A stretch of DNA of 52,372 nt from IMG/VR virus record IMGVR_UViG_3300032229_000930, positions 1-52,372 of that record; one strand, given 5' to 3'. The notes under the pieces are model-generated. The model had not been told where the DNA came from and did no database searches. It saw only the letters and a program-made list of their open reading frames with translations. Below are positions 18,111 to 26,645 of this stretch, piece after piece; the first letter of the stretch is position 1, and each line of letters opens with the position of its first letter. The position numbers and the translations under genes are program-made. Source of the stretch: a virus (Duplodnaviria > Caudoviricetes).

Positions 18111-18342
18111 GCTACCCACCCCTCCGATCCTACTCATCCATGAAGACCCTCAAAAACGCCATCGCGCTGAGCGCCAAAAATAAGCGGATTTCTTATCCCT
18201 CTGCCGTGATGAACCGACTCGGAGGAGAAACGGGCCTTAGCGGGGCTTTGCAGGAGTTGCAGCGCGGGTCACACCCCATGCTCACGACCCGATCCGGCCA
18301 ATAAGCTTCAATTCACCGACTTTGCCCCAAAAAAACCACACC

Positions 18343-19047
18343 ATGAAACAACTCCGCCGCACCATCCACCCGGAGATCAAAGTCCTCGACGCAACCGCCG
18401 GTCTCGTCGAGTACATCGCCAGCGACGAAACCCTTGACCACTACCGCGAGATCATCCGCGCCGATGGCTGGAGGTTCAACTTCTTTAAGAAGAACTCCCC
18501 CTTCGTGGACAGCCACGACACCTCCACCATCGAGAAGCTCCTTGGCAGCGTCCTCGACTTCCGCGTCGAGGGCCGCCAGCTCATCGAGACCTGCAAGTGG
18601 GAGCCCGATGCCTCCCCCCTGGCGAAGATCGGCTGGGCGATGACCCAGGCGGGCCACCTCAAGGCCGTCTCGGTGGGCTTCATCCCCACCAAGGAAGTCA
18701 ACCGCTGGGAGAATGGCGGAGCAGACCTGGCACGGGAGGCCACCATCCTCGGACTCGATACCGCCACGGCGGCACGCGTCTCCTGCATCTACCTGGAGCA
18801 GGAGCAGATCGAGCTCTCGGCCTGCATCATCGGGGCTAATCCCTCGGCTCTCGCCCGCTCGTTCAAGGATGGCGTCCTGAGCGATGCCGACATCGATCTC
18901 CTCTCGGAGAAAGCCATGAAGATTTCCGCAGACACAGAAGCAACCGCCCGGTTGGCAGAGGAAGACGCTGCCGCCATCCGGAAACAGGAACAGCGTCAGC
19001 AAGCCGAGTGGCTACGGAAATTCGAGACCGCAGTCGGTCAACTCTAA
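18343..19047 (+). CDS. HK97-family prohead protease
   Basis: ASDETLDHYREII, FVDSHD, LKAVSVGF and ELSACIIGANP. Confidence 0.88.
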   Translation: MKQLRRTIHPEIKVLDATAGLVEYIASDETLDHYREIIRADGWRFNFFKKNSPFVDSHDTSTIEKLLGSVLDFRVEGRQLIETCKWEPDASPLAKIGWAMTQAGHLKAVSVGFIPTKEVNRWENGGADLAREATILGLDTATAARVSCIYLEQEQIELSACIIGANPSALARSFKDGVLSDADIDLLSEKAMKISADTEATARLAEEDAAAIRKQEQRQQAEWLRKFETAVGQL

Positions 19048-19097
19048 ACCCAAACGCCAGTAACCCAAAAGTCAGTCCAAACCCAAACACCCACATC

Positions 19098-20390
19098 ATG
19101 AAAACATTCCGCAAATTCTTCGGGCTCATGCCCGTCACCCTCCTCTGCCTCGAAGCCGACAAAGGCGCAGGCTCCGGAAGCTCCGACTTCCAGACCAAGG
19201 TCCTCGCCGGAGTCGAGAAGCTCCAGACTGATGCCAAGTCCCTCGCCGATAAGGTCGAGGCTCTTGAAAAGAGCGGTGGAGACATCACCTCGCTCAAGGC
19301 TGAGTTTGACAAGCTCGCTGAGGAAACCCGTCGTCTCCGCAAAGCCCAGCTGGCTAGTTCCACCAAGGCTGCTTCCCGTAATGGTGAAGTGACCGAGGAG
19401 TGCGCCCGTCACCTTGGTGGTCTCGCCATTGTCGCCGGCCTCAAGGGTGGCCAGATCACTGGCGACCGCTACGAAGGCATCGTCAAGGATGTCCTCGGCA
19501 TGGAGGCCAAGGCCGCGCTCACCACAAGCGACATCCCACTGCCCACCGGCTACGGATCTCAGGTGGTGGAGCTGGTTAGCACCTTCGGTGCGGCTCGCCG
19601 CTTCGGCACCGTCATGCCCCTCGGCAACGGCACCGTCAAGCTGCCTAAGCTTACCACCGATCCCACCTTCGGCCTCATCGCCCAGAGCGGTCAGGTCACC
19701 GAGAAGAGCCCACAGATCGGCTGGGTCACCTTCAATCCCGAGAAGTTCGGCGGACTGGTCCGTCTCCCTTCCGAGATCGATGAGGACTCCATCATCGCCA
19801 TCGGCCAGTTCGTGGCGCGCTACAGCGCCCGCCAGCTCGCCCGCGTCGAGGATCACAACTTCTTCATCGGCACCGGTGCCGGTAGCGGAATCAATGGCAG
19901 CGTGAAGGGCATTGCCCTCTCCGTCATCGACAACGCAAAGGTGGTTGTGCAGGCAACTGGGAAGACCAAGACGAGCGACATCACGCTCGCAGGAGCCCGC
20001 GCCATCCGCTCGGTGGTCGATGCTCCCGCCATCCTTGGTGGAGCCTACTACGCCCACCCCTCCATGGAGCAGGCCTTCAGCGGTCTCAACACCGCCGGAG
20101 ACAAACCCTACGTTGCCAACGGCGCACGTGGAGCGACCCTCGACGGCTTCCCCATCAACTGGGTGGACATCATGCCTGCCTACAGCACCACGGCTCAGGC
20201 CGGCAAGACCTACCTCCTCTTCGGAGACCTCTCCTACCAGTACCTCGCCACCCGTGGCGGCGTCCGGTTTGACACCTCCAAGGAAGCTGGCTTCACCACG
20301 GATGAGATCCTCATCCGCGCGCTTGAGCGCTTCACCATCGGCCTCATGGCTGACGGTGCCGTCTCCGGTCTCCAGACCGCAGCCGCCTAA
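19098..20390 (+). CDS. HK97-family major capsid protein
   Basis: N-terminal coiled-coil delta domain, KFGGLVRLPSEIDEDS, LDGFPI, LFGDLS; strongest codon bias. Confidence 0.92.
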   Translation: MKTFRKFFGLMPVTLLCLEADKGAGSGSSDFQTKVLAGVEKLQTDAKSLADKVEALEKSGGDITSLKAEFDKLAEETRRLRKAQLASSTKAASRNGEVTEECARHLGGLAIVAGLKGGQITGDRYEGIVKDVLGMEAKAALTTSDIPLPTGYGSQVVELVSTFGAARRFGTVMPLGNGTVKLPKLTTDPTFGLIAQSGQVTEKSPQIGWVTFNPEKFGGLVRLPSEIDEDSIIAIGQFVARYSARQLARVEDHNFFIGTGAGSGINGSVKGIALSVIDNAKVVVQATGKTKTSDITLAGARAIRSVVDAPAILGGAYYAHPSMEQAFSGLNTAGDKPYVANGARGATLDGFPINWVDIMPAYSTTAQAGKTYLLFGDLSYQYLATRGGVRFDTSKEAGFTTDEILIRALERFTIGLMADGAVSGLQTAAA

Positions 20391-20415
20391 GCGATAGCTT
20401 GCGATTCTTCGCACT

Positions 20416-20443
20416 CTGCATCGGGTCAACAGGCCCGGTGCAG
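20416..20443 (+). terminator. Hairpin downstream of capsid gene (terminator or mRNA stabiliser)
   Basis: CTGCATCGGGTC-AACA-GGCCCGGTGCAG; no clear U-tract. Confidence 0.45.
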
Positions 20444-20502
20444 CAGCGAGGAACTCCTCACGACCTTTCGACCTTTAACCTTCTCACTTTCCAACTCATT
20501 CC

Positions 20503-21120
20503 ATGAACGCCGGATTCTCCAGCCTGAGTGCCCTCAAGCGCGAACTCCTCTTGCCCGCCGACGTGGCCAAGACGGAGAACGACGCCTCCATCCTTGCGCT
20601 CGGCCTCGGAATGGCCTCCCTCTTCGAGAGCCTCTGCGATCGGAAGTTCCGCCGGATGAACATGGTCGATACTTTCGCCGCCGATCGCTCCTACTGGATC
20701 ACGCGTGCCTATCCGATCGAGCAGGTGATCTCGGTCGAGGTCCGCAGGGACTACGCCTCGGGATTCCAAGTGGTGACCGGGCAGCCATCCAACGTGGTCG
20801 AGCTAAGCGGCAAGGTCGACTTCCTGGGATTCCTCGGAGCCTATGGGGAGACCGGCCGCATCACCTATCGCGCAGGCTACTGGTGGGATGAAAGTGAGAA
20901 CGGGAGCGAGACCCTTCCCGAAGGGGCCACGCCTCTTCCCGAGGATCTCCGTGCCGCATGGGTCATGCAATGCCGCTGGTTCTGGGACCGCCGATCCATC
21001 ACCGAGCGGGCCAAGGCAGGATTCGCCAAGGATGGAAGCGATGGCTTCGCCACCCCGAGCGATGACCTGCTCCAGCCGGTGCGCGGGATCGTCGCCACCT
21101 ATCGGAGGATGGCCCCATGA
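20503..21120 (+). CDS. Head-tail connector/adaptor
   Basis: Follows capsid; SLSALKREL, ITYRAGY, LPEDLRAA, ends VATYRRM. Confidence 0.75.
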   Translation: MNAGFSSLSALKRELLLPADVAKTENDASILALGLGMASLFESLCDRKFRRMNMVDTFAADRSYWITRAYPIEQVISVEVRRDYASGFQVVTGQPSNVVELSGKVDFLGFLGAYGETGRITYRAGYWWDESENGSETLPEGATPLPEDLRAAWVMQCRWFWDRRSITERAKAGFAKDGSDGFATPSDDLLQPVRGIVATYRRMAP

Positions 21121-21596
21121 TCATTAACCTCTCACTCGAGGCGCAGGAGGTTCTGCGCTCGCTACAGACGATGCCAGAGCGCCTGAGCATCGCCATGGCG
21201 GCAGCCATGAATGACGAGAACCAATACATTGTTGGCTCCATCCAAGAGAACAAACTTTCCGAAAGTGGCAGCACGACGCTGGCAGTCCGTAGCAACCGAT
21301 TGCGCAAGTCAGTCCGTGCGACGAAGCCAGTGATTAATGGCACCTCCATCTCCTCCTCGATCGGTACGAACGTCAAGTATGCCGCTGTGCATGAGTTCGG
21401 CACTGGTCCCTTCACCATCCGCCCCAAGAACAAGAAGGCCCTCCGATTCAGCGTCGGGGGTGCCTTCCACTTTGCCAAGCAGGTGCGCCATCCCGGCTTC
21501 CCAGCCCGCCGCATGTTCGGAAGCGCTATCGAAGAGCGTGAAGCTGAGTACAACAAGGCTATGAGTGCGGCCATCACCTCCACTCTCCAGTCATGA
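21117..21596 (+). CDS. Virion morphogenesis / tail completion protein (Mu gpG-like)
   Basis: IGTNVKYAAVHEFG and HPGFPARR motifs. Confidence 0.8.
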   Translation: MIINLSLEAQEVLRSLQTMPERLSIAMAAAMNDENQYIVGSIQENKLSESGSTTLAVRSNRLRKSVRATKPVINGTSISSSIGTNVKYAAVHEFGTGPFTIRPKNKKALRFSVGGAFHFAKQVRHPGFPARRMFGSAIEEREAEYNKAMSAAITSTLQS

Positions 21597-22036
21597 GTGA
21601 TCTTCCCAACAACAGCCTGCTCAAGGAGCGGCGCATGCAGGAGGCTATCAAGAATGTCATCCTCTCGCTTCCCGATTGGCCAGCCTCCGCCGAAGTCCTC
21701 ATTGAGAAGAGCGGCGATCTCCTCACCGAGATCGAGACGAAGCTCCAGCAGTTGAGCCTTGTGGCCGTCGTCAATGAGCCCGACATGCTAGAGAGCGTCG
21801 AGGGGGAGGCCACCTTCAATGCCTCGTCCACCTGGACCATCTCCGTCTTTTCCAGCGAGCTACTCAACGGCACCGGCCTCGACAACCTGGAGGCCTGCTT
21901 CCTGATCCGCGCAGCTCTGGCTGATACCAACCCAGAGGGCCTCTGGAGCGAACCGCTCTCCCGCGTGCGCATCCAGCGCGTCGGACTCTCCCCCGTCACC
22001 CGAGACATCACCTTTACCGCCGCTCATCAGTCCTAA
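21593..22036 (+). CDS. Putative tail terminator
   Basis: Size and synteny only. Confidence 0.5.
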   Translation: MSDLPNNSLLKERRMQEAIKNVILSLPDWPASAEVLIEKSGDLLTEIETKLQQLSLVAVVNEPDMLESVEGEATFNASSTWTISVFSSELLNGTGLDNLEACFLIRAALADTNPEGLWSEPLSRVRIQRVGLSPVTRDITFTAAHQS

Positions 22037-22062
22037 AACCCTCCATCCTTCAGCCTGTCCGA

Positions 22063-22932
22063 ATGAAACTCTACCTCGACACCAACTCCTGGCTGCTCTC
22101 CCCAGCACCCGGAGGAAGCAATACCACCGTCATCTTGCAGGCGAAGCAGGGGACTGACCTAGCCATCGAGATCATCCCATCCCGCCCCCTGGAAAGTGGG
22201 GCGCTCGGCTCACTCATTGCCAAGCCCAAGGACGACTATGCCGCCAGCTCTGTCTCCTGGGATCTCGCCTGGGAGAATCCCGCAACCTCCGAGAGTGGCT
22301 ACCGCTTCGATCTCTCTCTCAAGACGGCTGCTCTCGGTGATCTCTTCACAGGGTCAGTCAAGAGCATCCCGCTCATGGCGGAGATCACCATCACCCAGGG
22401 CAGCGAGGTGTCCAAGACGCAGACCTTTGCGATCAACGTCGCCCGTCAAGTCAGCATTGGTGAGGCGGGGACACCTGCTGACCTCCCAGACCTCAAGGCC
22501 AATGAGCAGGAGGCTGTCGAGGGAACCGCAAATAACAAGTGGATGACTCCTCTGCGCACGAAGCAGGCGGTCCTCCAGGCGATCTCCGAAATCGGTGCGG
22601 GGGTAAATGGTGCGTCAGCCTACGAGCTGGCTGTGGAGGCGGGCTTCTCCGGCAGCGTGGAGGAATGGCTTCTGTCGCTTGTGGGGCCTCAAGGCGTCTC
22701 CGCATCCGTCCTTAACCTCCCGACCGATTACGACAATTTCACGCTCACGCGCACTGATGGCAACGTAACGAGCGTCTCGTACTCCAAGAACGGCGATGAG
22801 ATCGGAGTGGCCATTCTCACCTGGGACACAACGGCGACTCCCAACAGGGTGGCCACCGCCTCAGATGGCACGAAGACCGTGACGCTGATCTATGACGAAG
22901 CAGGCCAAGTGACCCGAGGAACAATTTCCTGA
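22063..22932 (+). CDS. Virion accessory/fibre-like protein
   Basis: KWMTPLRTKQA and GASAYELAV..GF.G...EWL.SL.GPQG motifs common in phage fibres. Confidence 0.6.
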   Translation: MKLYLDTNSWLLSPAPGGSNTTVILQAKQGTDLAIEIIPSRPLESGALGSLIAKPKDDYAASSVSWDLAWENPATSESGYRFDLSLKTAALGDLFTGSVKSIPLMAEITITQGSEVSKTQTFAINVARQVSIGEAGTPADLPDLKANEQEAVEGTANNKWMTPLRTKQAVLQAISEIGAGVNGASAYELAVEAGFSGSVEEWLLSLVGPQGVSASVLNLPTDYDNFTLTRTDGNVTSVSYSKNGDEIGVAILTWDTTATPNRVATASDGTKTVTLIYDEAGQVTRGTIS

Positions 22933-22933
22933 T

Positions 22934-24733
22934 ATGAGCCTAACTAACGGACTACTTGCTTATTGGCCGCTGGATACGGCGGGCGGCGCGATTAGCCTTG
23001 CTGATGCAAGCGGCAATAATAAGCACCTCACAAAAATAAATTCCGGAGTTAGTCCTGCAACAGGAAAGGTTGCGGGATGTGCTGGGTTTAACGGTGATCT
23101 CTCTACCCACCTAAAAACCTCTTCCCCGATCTGGTCGGGGAATGAGACACAGGCTTCAATTGCCTACTGGGTAAAGATCCCCGCGACGACGGATTATGCA
23201 TTCGGGTTGATATGCTCAACTGGATATAGATACCAAGTCGGAGGGCCTGGCCTTTCAGAGAATAATTTCACAGTACATCTGAACAATAATAGGAGCCAAT
23301 TTGATCAGGTTGGTTTTCCAAGTGGTCTAAGGGACGGGAACTGGCACCACCTTGTAGGAACATGGAACCGATATGGCCAGATCCGTGTTTATGTAGATGG
23401 TGTTTTGTCGAACAGTAGAACGTCACAAGGGCTACCCATCAACAGCACGATCTCCGAGCCTGCCGTTATTAACGGCAACTCCGATCTTACGTTCGCTGTC
23501 GGGCGCAAGTTCAGTATTGACGAGGTCGTGGTATATAACCGCGAACTTTCCTCGTCTGAAATTGCGGGATTGTATGTCAACGGCCTGATTGGAGTTGGCC
23601 TTTCTGACTCAGCGTACTCAAGCCAAATCTATCAGAATGGAGTTCTATTTTCTGGCATCTACGACGCCGGAAATGGCAACCGATACTACCTAAATAACGG
23701 ACTTGCTGCCTCCGGCTTCTACAACGACGGGGTGAGCCGGTATTACCGAAACGGGGTGCGATTTACCGGCCTCTATAACAGCGGAAGCGGCGACCGCTAT
23801 TACATTGATGGCGCACTTGGAACTGGGGTTTACGGGGGGCGCTACTTTATCGACAGCGTTTTGGCAACTGGGCTTTACGATAACGGTAACGGATCTCGTT
23901 ACTATGTCGGGGGTGTATTTGGAACCGGATACTACCAAGGCACCTACTACATCGTTGGGACGGCTACTGATCTCCCTGCGAGCGGAACTGGCCTCTACGA
24001 TGACGGAAACGGATCTCGCTACTATGTCGGGGGTGTATTTGGAACCGGCTTCTACGAAGGCACCTACTACATCGTTGGCGCGGCTACTGATCTCCCTGAG
24101 AGCGGAACTGGGCTTTACGATGACGGGAATGGATCTCGTTACTATGTCGGGGGCGGACTCGCCAATGGTCTTTATGACAGTGGAAACGGCCCCCGTCTGT
24201 ATGTTGACGGCCTCGTTGCAACCGGAGTGTACGGAGGCAACTACTACCTCGATGGGGTATTTGGAACCGGATTTTACGACGATGGTGTAAACCGATACTA
24301 CGAAAACGGCGTAGCTTTCACGGGCCTCTTCGACAACGGCGATGGAGAGAAACGCTACAGCGACGGCATTCTCCTAACGGGAACCTACGACAGCGGAGAC
24401 GGGGAGAAACGCTACTCAGACGGCGTTCTCCTCACCGGAACCTACGACGACGGGAACGGGGAGAAACGCTACTCAGAAGGAGTTCTGCTAACGGGTGTCT
24501 TTGATGGCAGATATTATGTGGACGGGCTTCCTTCCACCGGCAGCTACGATGGAGGGTATTACGTAGATGGTAACCCCTACTACCCAGCGAGCGCGCTCCC
24601 GCAGCCCTCCCAAGTCCAAGCAGGCGTGAGCTATGGTAACGGACTCACCGGAACGCTTGCCGACTCTAATGCTCCCAAACCCGGCGTCAATCTGGCGCAA
24701 CTTCTTGGTCTCCCGCCATTCATTCAACTCTAA
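22934..24733 (+). CDS. LamG/concanavalin-like domain protein with Tyr/Gly-rich tandem repeats (adhesin or fibre)
   Basis: LLAYWPLD, DGNWHHLVGTW, VYVDG, IDEVVVYNRELS; repeated TGxYDxGxGxRYYxxG. Confidence 0.8.
   Translation: MSLTNGLLAYWPLDTAGGAISLADASGNNKHLTKINSGVSPATGKVAGCAGFNGDLSTHLKTSSPIWSGNETQASIAYWVKIPATTDYAFGLICSTGYRYQVGGPGLSENNFTVHLNNNRSQFDQVGFPSGLRDGNWHHLVGTWNRYGQIRVYVDGVLSNSRTSQGLPINSTISEPAVINGNSDLTFAVGRKFSIDEVVVYNRELSSSEIAGLYVNGLIGVGLSDSAYSSQIYQNGVLFSGIYDAGNGNRYYLNNGLAASGFYNDGVSRYYRNGVRFTGLYNSGSGDRYYIDGALGTGVYGGRYFIDSVLATGLYDNGNGSRYYVGGVFGTGYYQGTYYIVGTATDLPASGTGLYDDGNGSRYYVGGVFGTGFYEGTYYIVGAATDLPESGTGLYDDGNGSRYYVGGGLANGLYDSGNGPRLYVDGLVATGVYGGNYYLDGVFGTGFYDDGVNRYYENGVAFTGLFDNGDGEKRYSDGILLTGTYDSGDGEKRYSDGVLLTGTYDDGNGEKRYSEGVLLTGVFDGRYYVDGLPSTGSYDGGYYVDGNPYYPASALPQPSQVQAGVSYGNGLTGTLADSNAPKPGVNLAQLLGLPPFIQL
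23866..24153 (+). repeat. Imperfect 120-bp tandem repeat (~2.4 copies) in LamG gene; further 60-bp repeats at ~24320-24500
   Basis: Units start at 23866, 23986 and 24106 (AACTGG..TACGAT..GGATCTCG.TACTATGTCGGGGG). Confidence 0.85.
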
Positions 24734-24750
24734 CCAACCCCAGACACCCC

Positions 24751-25170
24751 ATGACTACTACCCAACTTACCACTCCCGTTACCCTTCAGATCGCGGATCG
24801 CCCATCCTTCCCAAACCAGCCAACTCCTGAGACCCGCGCGGTCACGATCACCTCGCTGACCTTGCGCCAGGCCATCGACGATCCCGTTCAGAAGCGGGTG
24901 GCCGTTCTCTTCTACGAGACTCGCTTCCCAGTCACGATCTGGTCGGGAGCTGCCTACGATGCGGCTGGTAACTGGACACAAGAGCAGCTTGAGGCCGCTG
25001 TCGCCGCTGCCATCGTCTCAGACGCCTCGCGCGTCGTTACCACCGCGCTCGCCTTCCCAACGCAGCCCTCCGAGGCCGAGCGCAAGGCCCAGGCCGACCG
25101 ACTCAAAGCCGCCTTCCCGAATGGCCTGCCCCGTCCGGCATGGGTTCCCGCACCCGCACCGAAGAAGTAA
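24751..25170 (+). CDS. Hypothetical structural or chaperone protein
   Basis: 139 aa, phage codon usage. Confidence 0.65.
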   Translation: MTTTQLTTPVTLQIADRPSFPNQPTPETRAVTITSLTLRQAIDDPVQKRVAVLFYETRFPVTIWSGAAYDAAGNWTQEQLEAAVAAAIVSDASRVVTTALAFPTQPSEAERKAQADRLKAAFPNGLPRPAWVPAPAPKK

Positions 25171-25224
25171 GCAACCCAAGGAAGCAATAGCCCTTCACCA
25201 CCTCAAACCAAACCCGCAATAACC

Positions 25225-25962
25225 ATGAAAACATTCGGATCACACATCGAATTCAGCACCGTCAACGCACCTAAGCCGATCTCAGGAATCTGCGAGGGAT
25301 ACTCTTACAAGGACGCCCAGCAGTTCACCGAGATCCCCGGCGAGGGAGAGATTGCTGCCCTCGTGCGCCACGGCCGCAAGGGAGCCATCACCTTCTCCTC
25401 GACGCCTCCCTCTTCGGTCACCTCTCTCGGTGTGCGAGCCGGTGGTGTGATCACGATCACCGGATTAGGCGCGGGCATTGTCCTGGTCACCACAGCCGGT
25501 GCGAAGTGGCAGAAGGGCCAGCCCATGGTCATGGATGCCCAGGCGACGCACTACCCGGACGTGGCAGGCGGTGGTGCAGGCTCGATCGACCCCGCTGACT
25601 TCTCCCTCTCATCAGGCACAGGTGCTCTTCAGCTTCCCACTGGCAAGGTCTGGTGGAGCACGGCCGGGATCGAGCCGATTGTGCCAGGTATCGTGCAGAG
25701 CTGCTCGATCTCCGAGACCGTGCAGGTGCAGGAAGAGGAGGGAAGTGGAGACGACGTAGGCAAGATCGTCTGTCTCGCGGTACACTCCTACAAGGCGACG
25801 GCCTCCATGGAAATCATGACGACGGCAGCCATGCCGGAGATCGGCAGTGCGCTGGAAGTCTTTGGATCCTTCAAGGTCACCGATGCAGAGCCGAAGTTCA
25901 CGCGTGGCAATAGCCGCGTGATCGTGGTCAACGGGATCTGCATCCCTGGGGTCACCGAGTAA
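25225..25962 (+). CDS. Putative major tail tube protein with internal two-fold duplication
   Basis: Upstream of chaperone and TMP; beta-rich; the two halves align by eye. Confidence 0.6.
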   Translation: MKTFGSHIEFSTVNAPKPISGICEGYSYKDAQQFTEIPGEGEIAALVRHGRKGAITFSSTPPSSVTSLGVRAGGVITITGLGAGIVLVTTAGAKWQKGQPMVMDAQATHYPDVAGGGAGSIDPADFSLSSGTGALQLPTGKVWWSTAGIEPIVPGIVQSCSISETVQVQEEEGSGDDVGKIVCLAVHSYKATASMEIMTTAAMPEIGSALEVFGSFKVTDAEPKFTRGNSRVIVVNGICIPGVTE

Positions 25963-25974
25963 GGGAATCCTCCC

Positions 25975-26640
25975 ATGATTGATCTGGAGGCACTGGAAGC
26001 AGAGAGCGAGGCGCTGGCCCGTGAGCGTGAGGACACGCGCACGCCGGCCATCGTGCGCCGTGCATTCCTGCCTCCCTTCTGCGCTCTCACGCCCCGCAGA
26101 CTCATGGAGCTTGAGCAGGTAGAGTCTCCGGTGCTCACGGGAGCATGGCCGTGGGAGGATCCTGCAGGGATGGCGCAGGCCTTCTGCACCTCCTGGGCAA
26201 TCCTCTTCCCTGAGCGTGAGGTGCCTCCTCCTTCGGACATGTCATCCGGTCTGCTAGCCCTGCTAGGCGAGGTGCGGCGGGGATTCACGGCCATCATGCC
26301 GATGAAGGCCCGTCAGATGCCAGGCATGACTCAGCAGGCTCAGCTGAGCGATGGCATCGGATGGCTGCCACGTCTGCTTGCCATCGGACACAAGGCCAAT
26401 CTGCCCAATCCGCTCGATATGCCGCTCGATCAGCTCTTCATCCTAACGGCCGCAGCCGCCTCCCTCGAGGGAATGGAATGCGCAGGAACTGACTACCGCG
26501 ATCGGGAGATCTCAGCGGCTGGCGAGACTGAGTCAGCTATCCCAAGTGATCCCGAGCCAAATGCAAATGATGACAAAGGAAATCATGGGCAGAAGGGGAA
26601 CGACGAACCACCACAGCAGGAAAAGAATCTCCATAGCTAA
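25975..26640 (+). CDS. Putative tail assembly chaperone
   Basis: Between tube and tape measure; LDMPLDQLF motif like GT-type chaperones. Confidence 0.6.
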   Translation: MIDLEALEAESEALAREREDTRTPAIVRRAFLPPFCALTPRRLMELEQVESPVLTGAWPWEDPAGMAQAFCTSWAILFPEREVPPPSDMSSGLLALLGEVRRGFTAIMPMKARQMPGMTQQAQLSDGIGWLPRLLAIGHKANLPNPLDMPLDQLFILTAAAASLEGMECAGTDYRDREISAAGETESAIPSDPEPNANDDKGNHGQKGNDEPPQQEKNLHS

Positions 26641-26645
26641 AACAT

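Noticed and set aside
18107-18304. Short ORF between portal and protease
   Set aside because: No recognisable motif; the region may be a late promoter/leader, so not called
19044-20429. 461-aa antisense ORF
   Set aside because: Shadow of the strongly codon-biased capsid gene
23866-24500. Repeats considered as a CRISPR array or DGR template
   Set aside because: In-frame coding repeats without unique spacers; no cas or reverse transcriptase gene in the window
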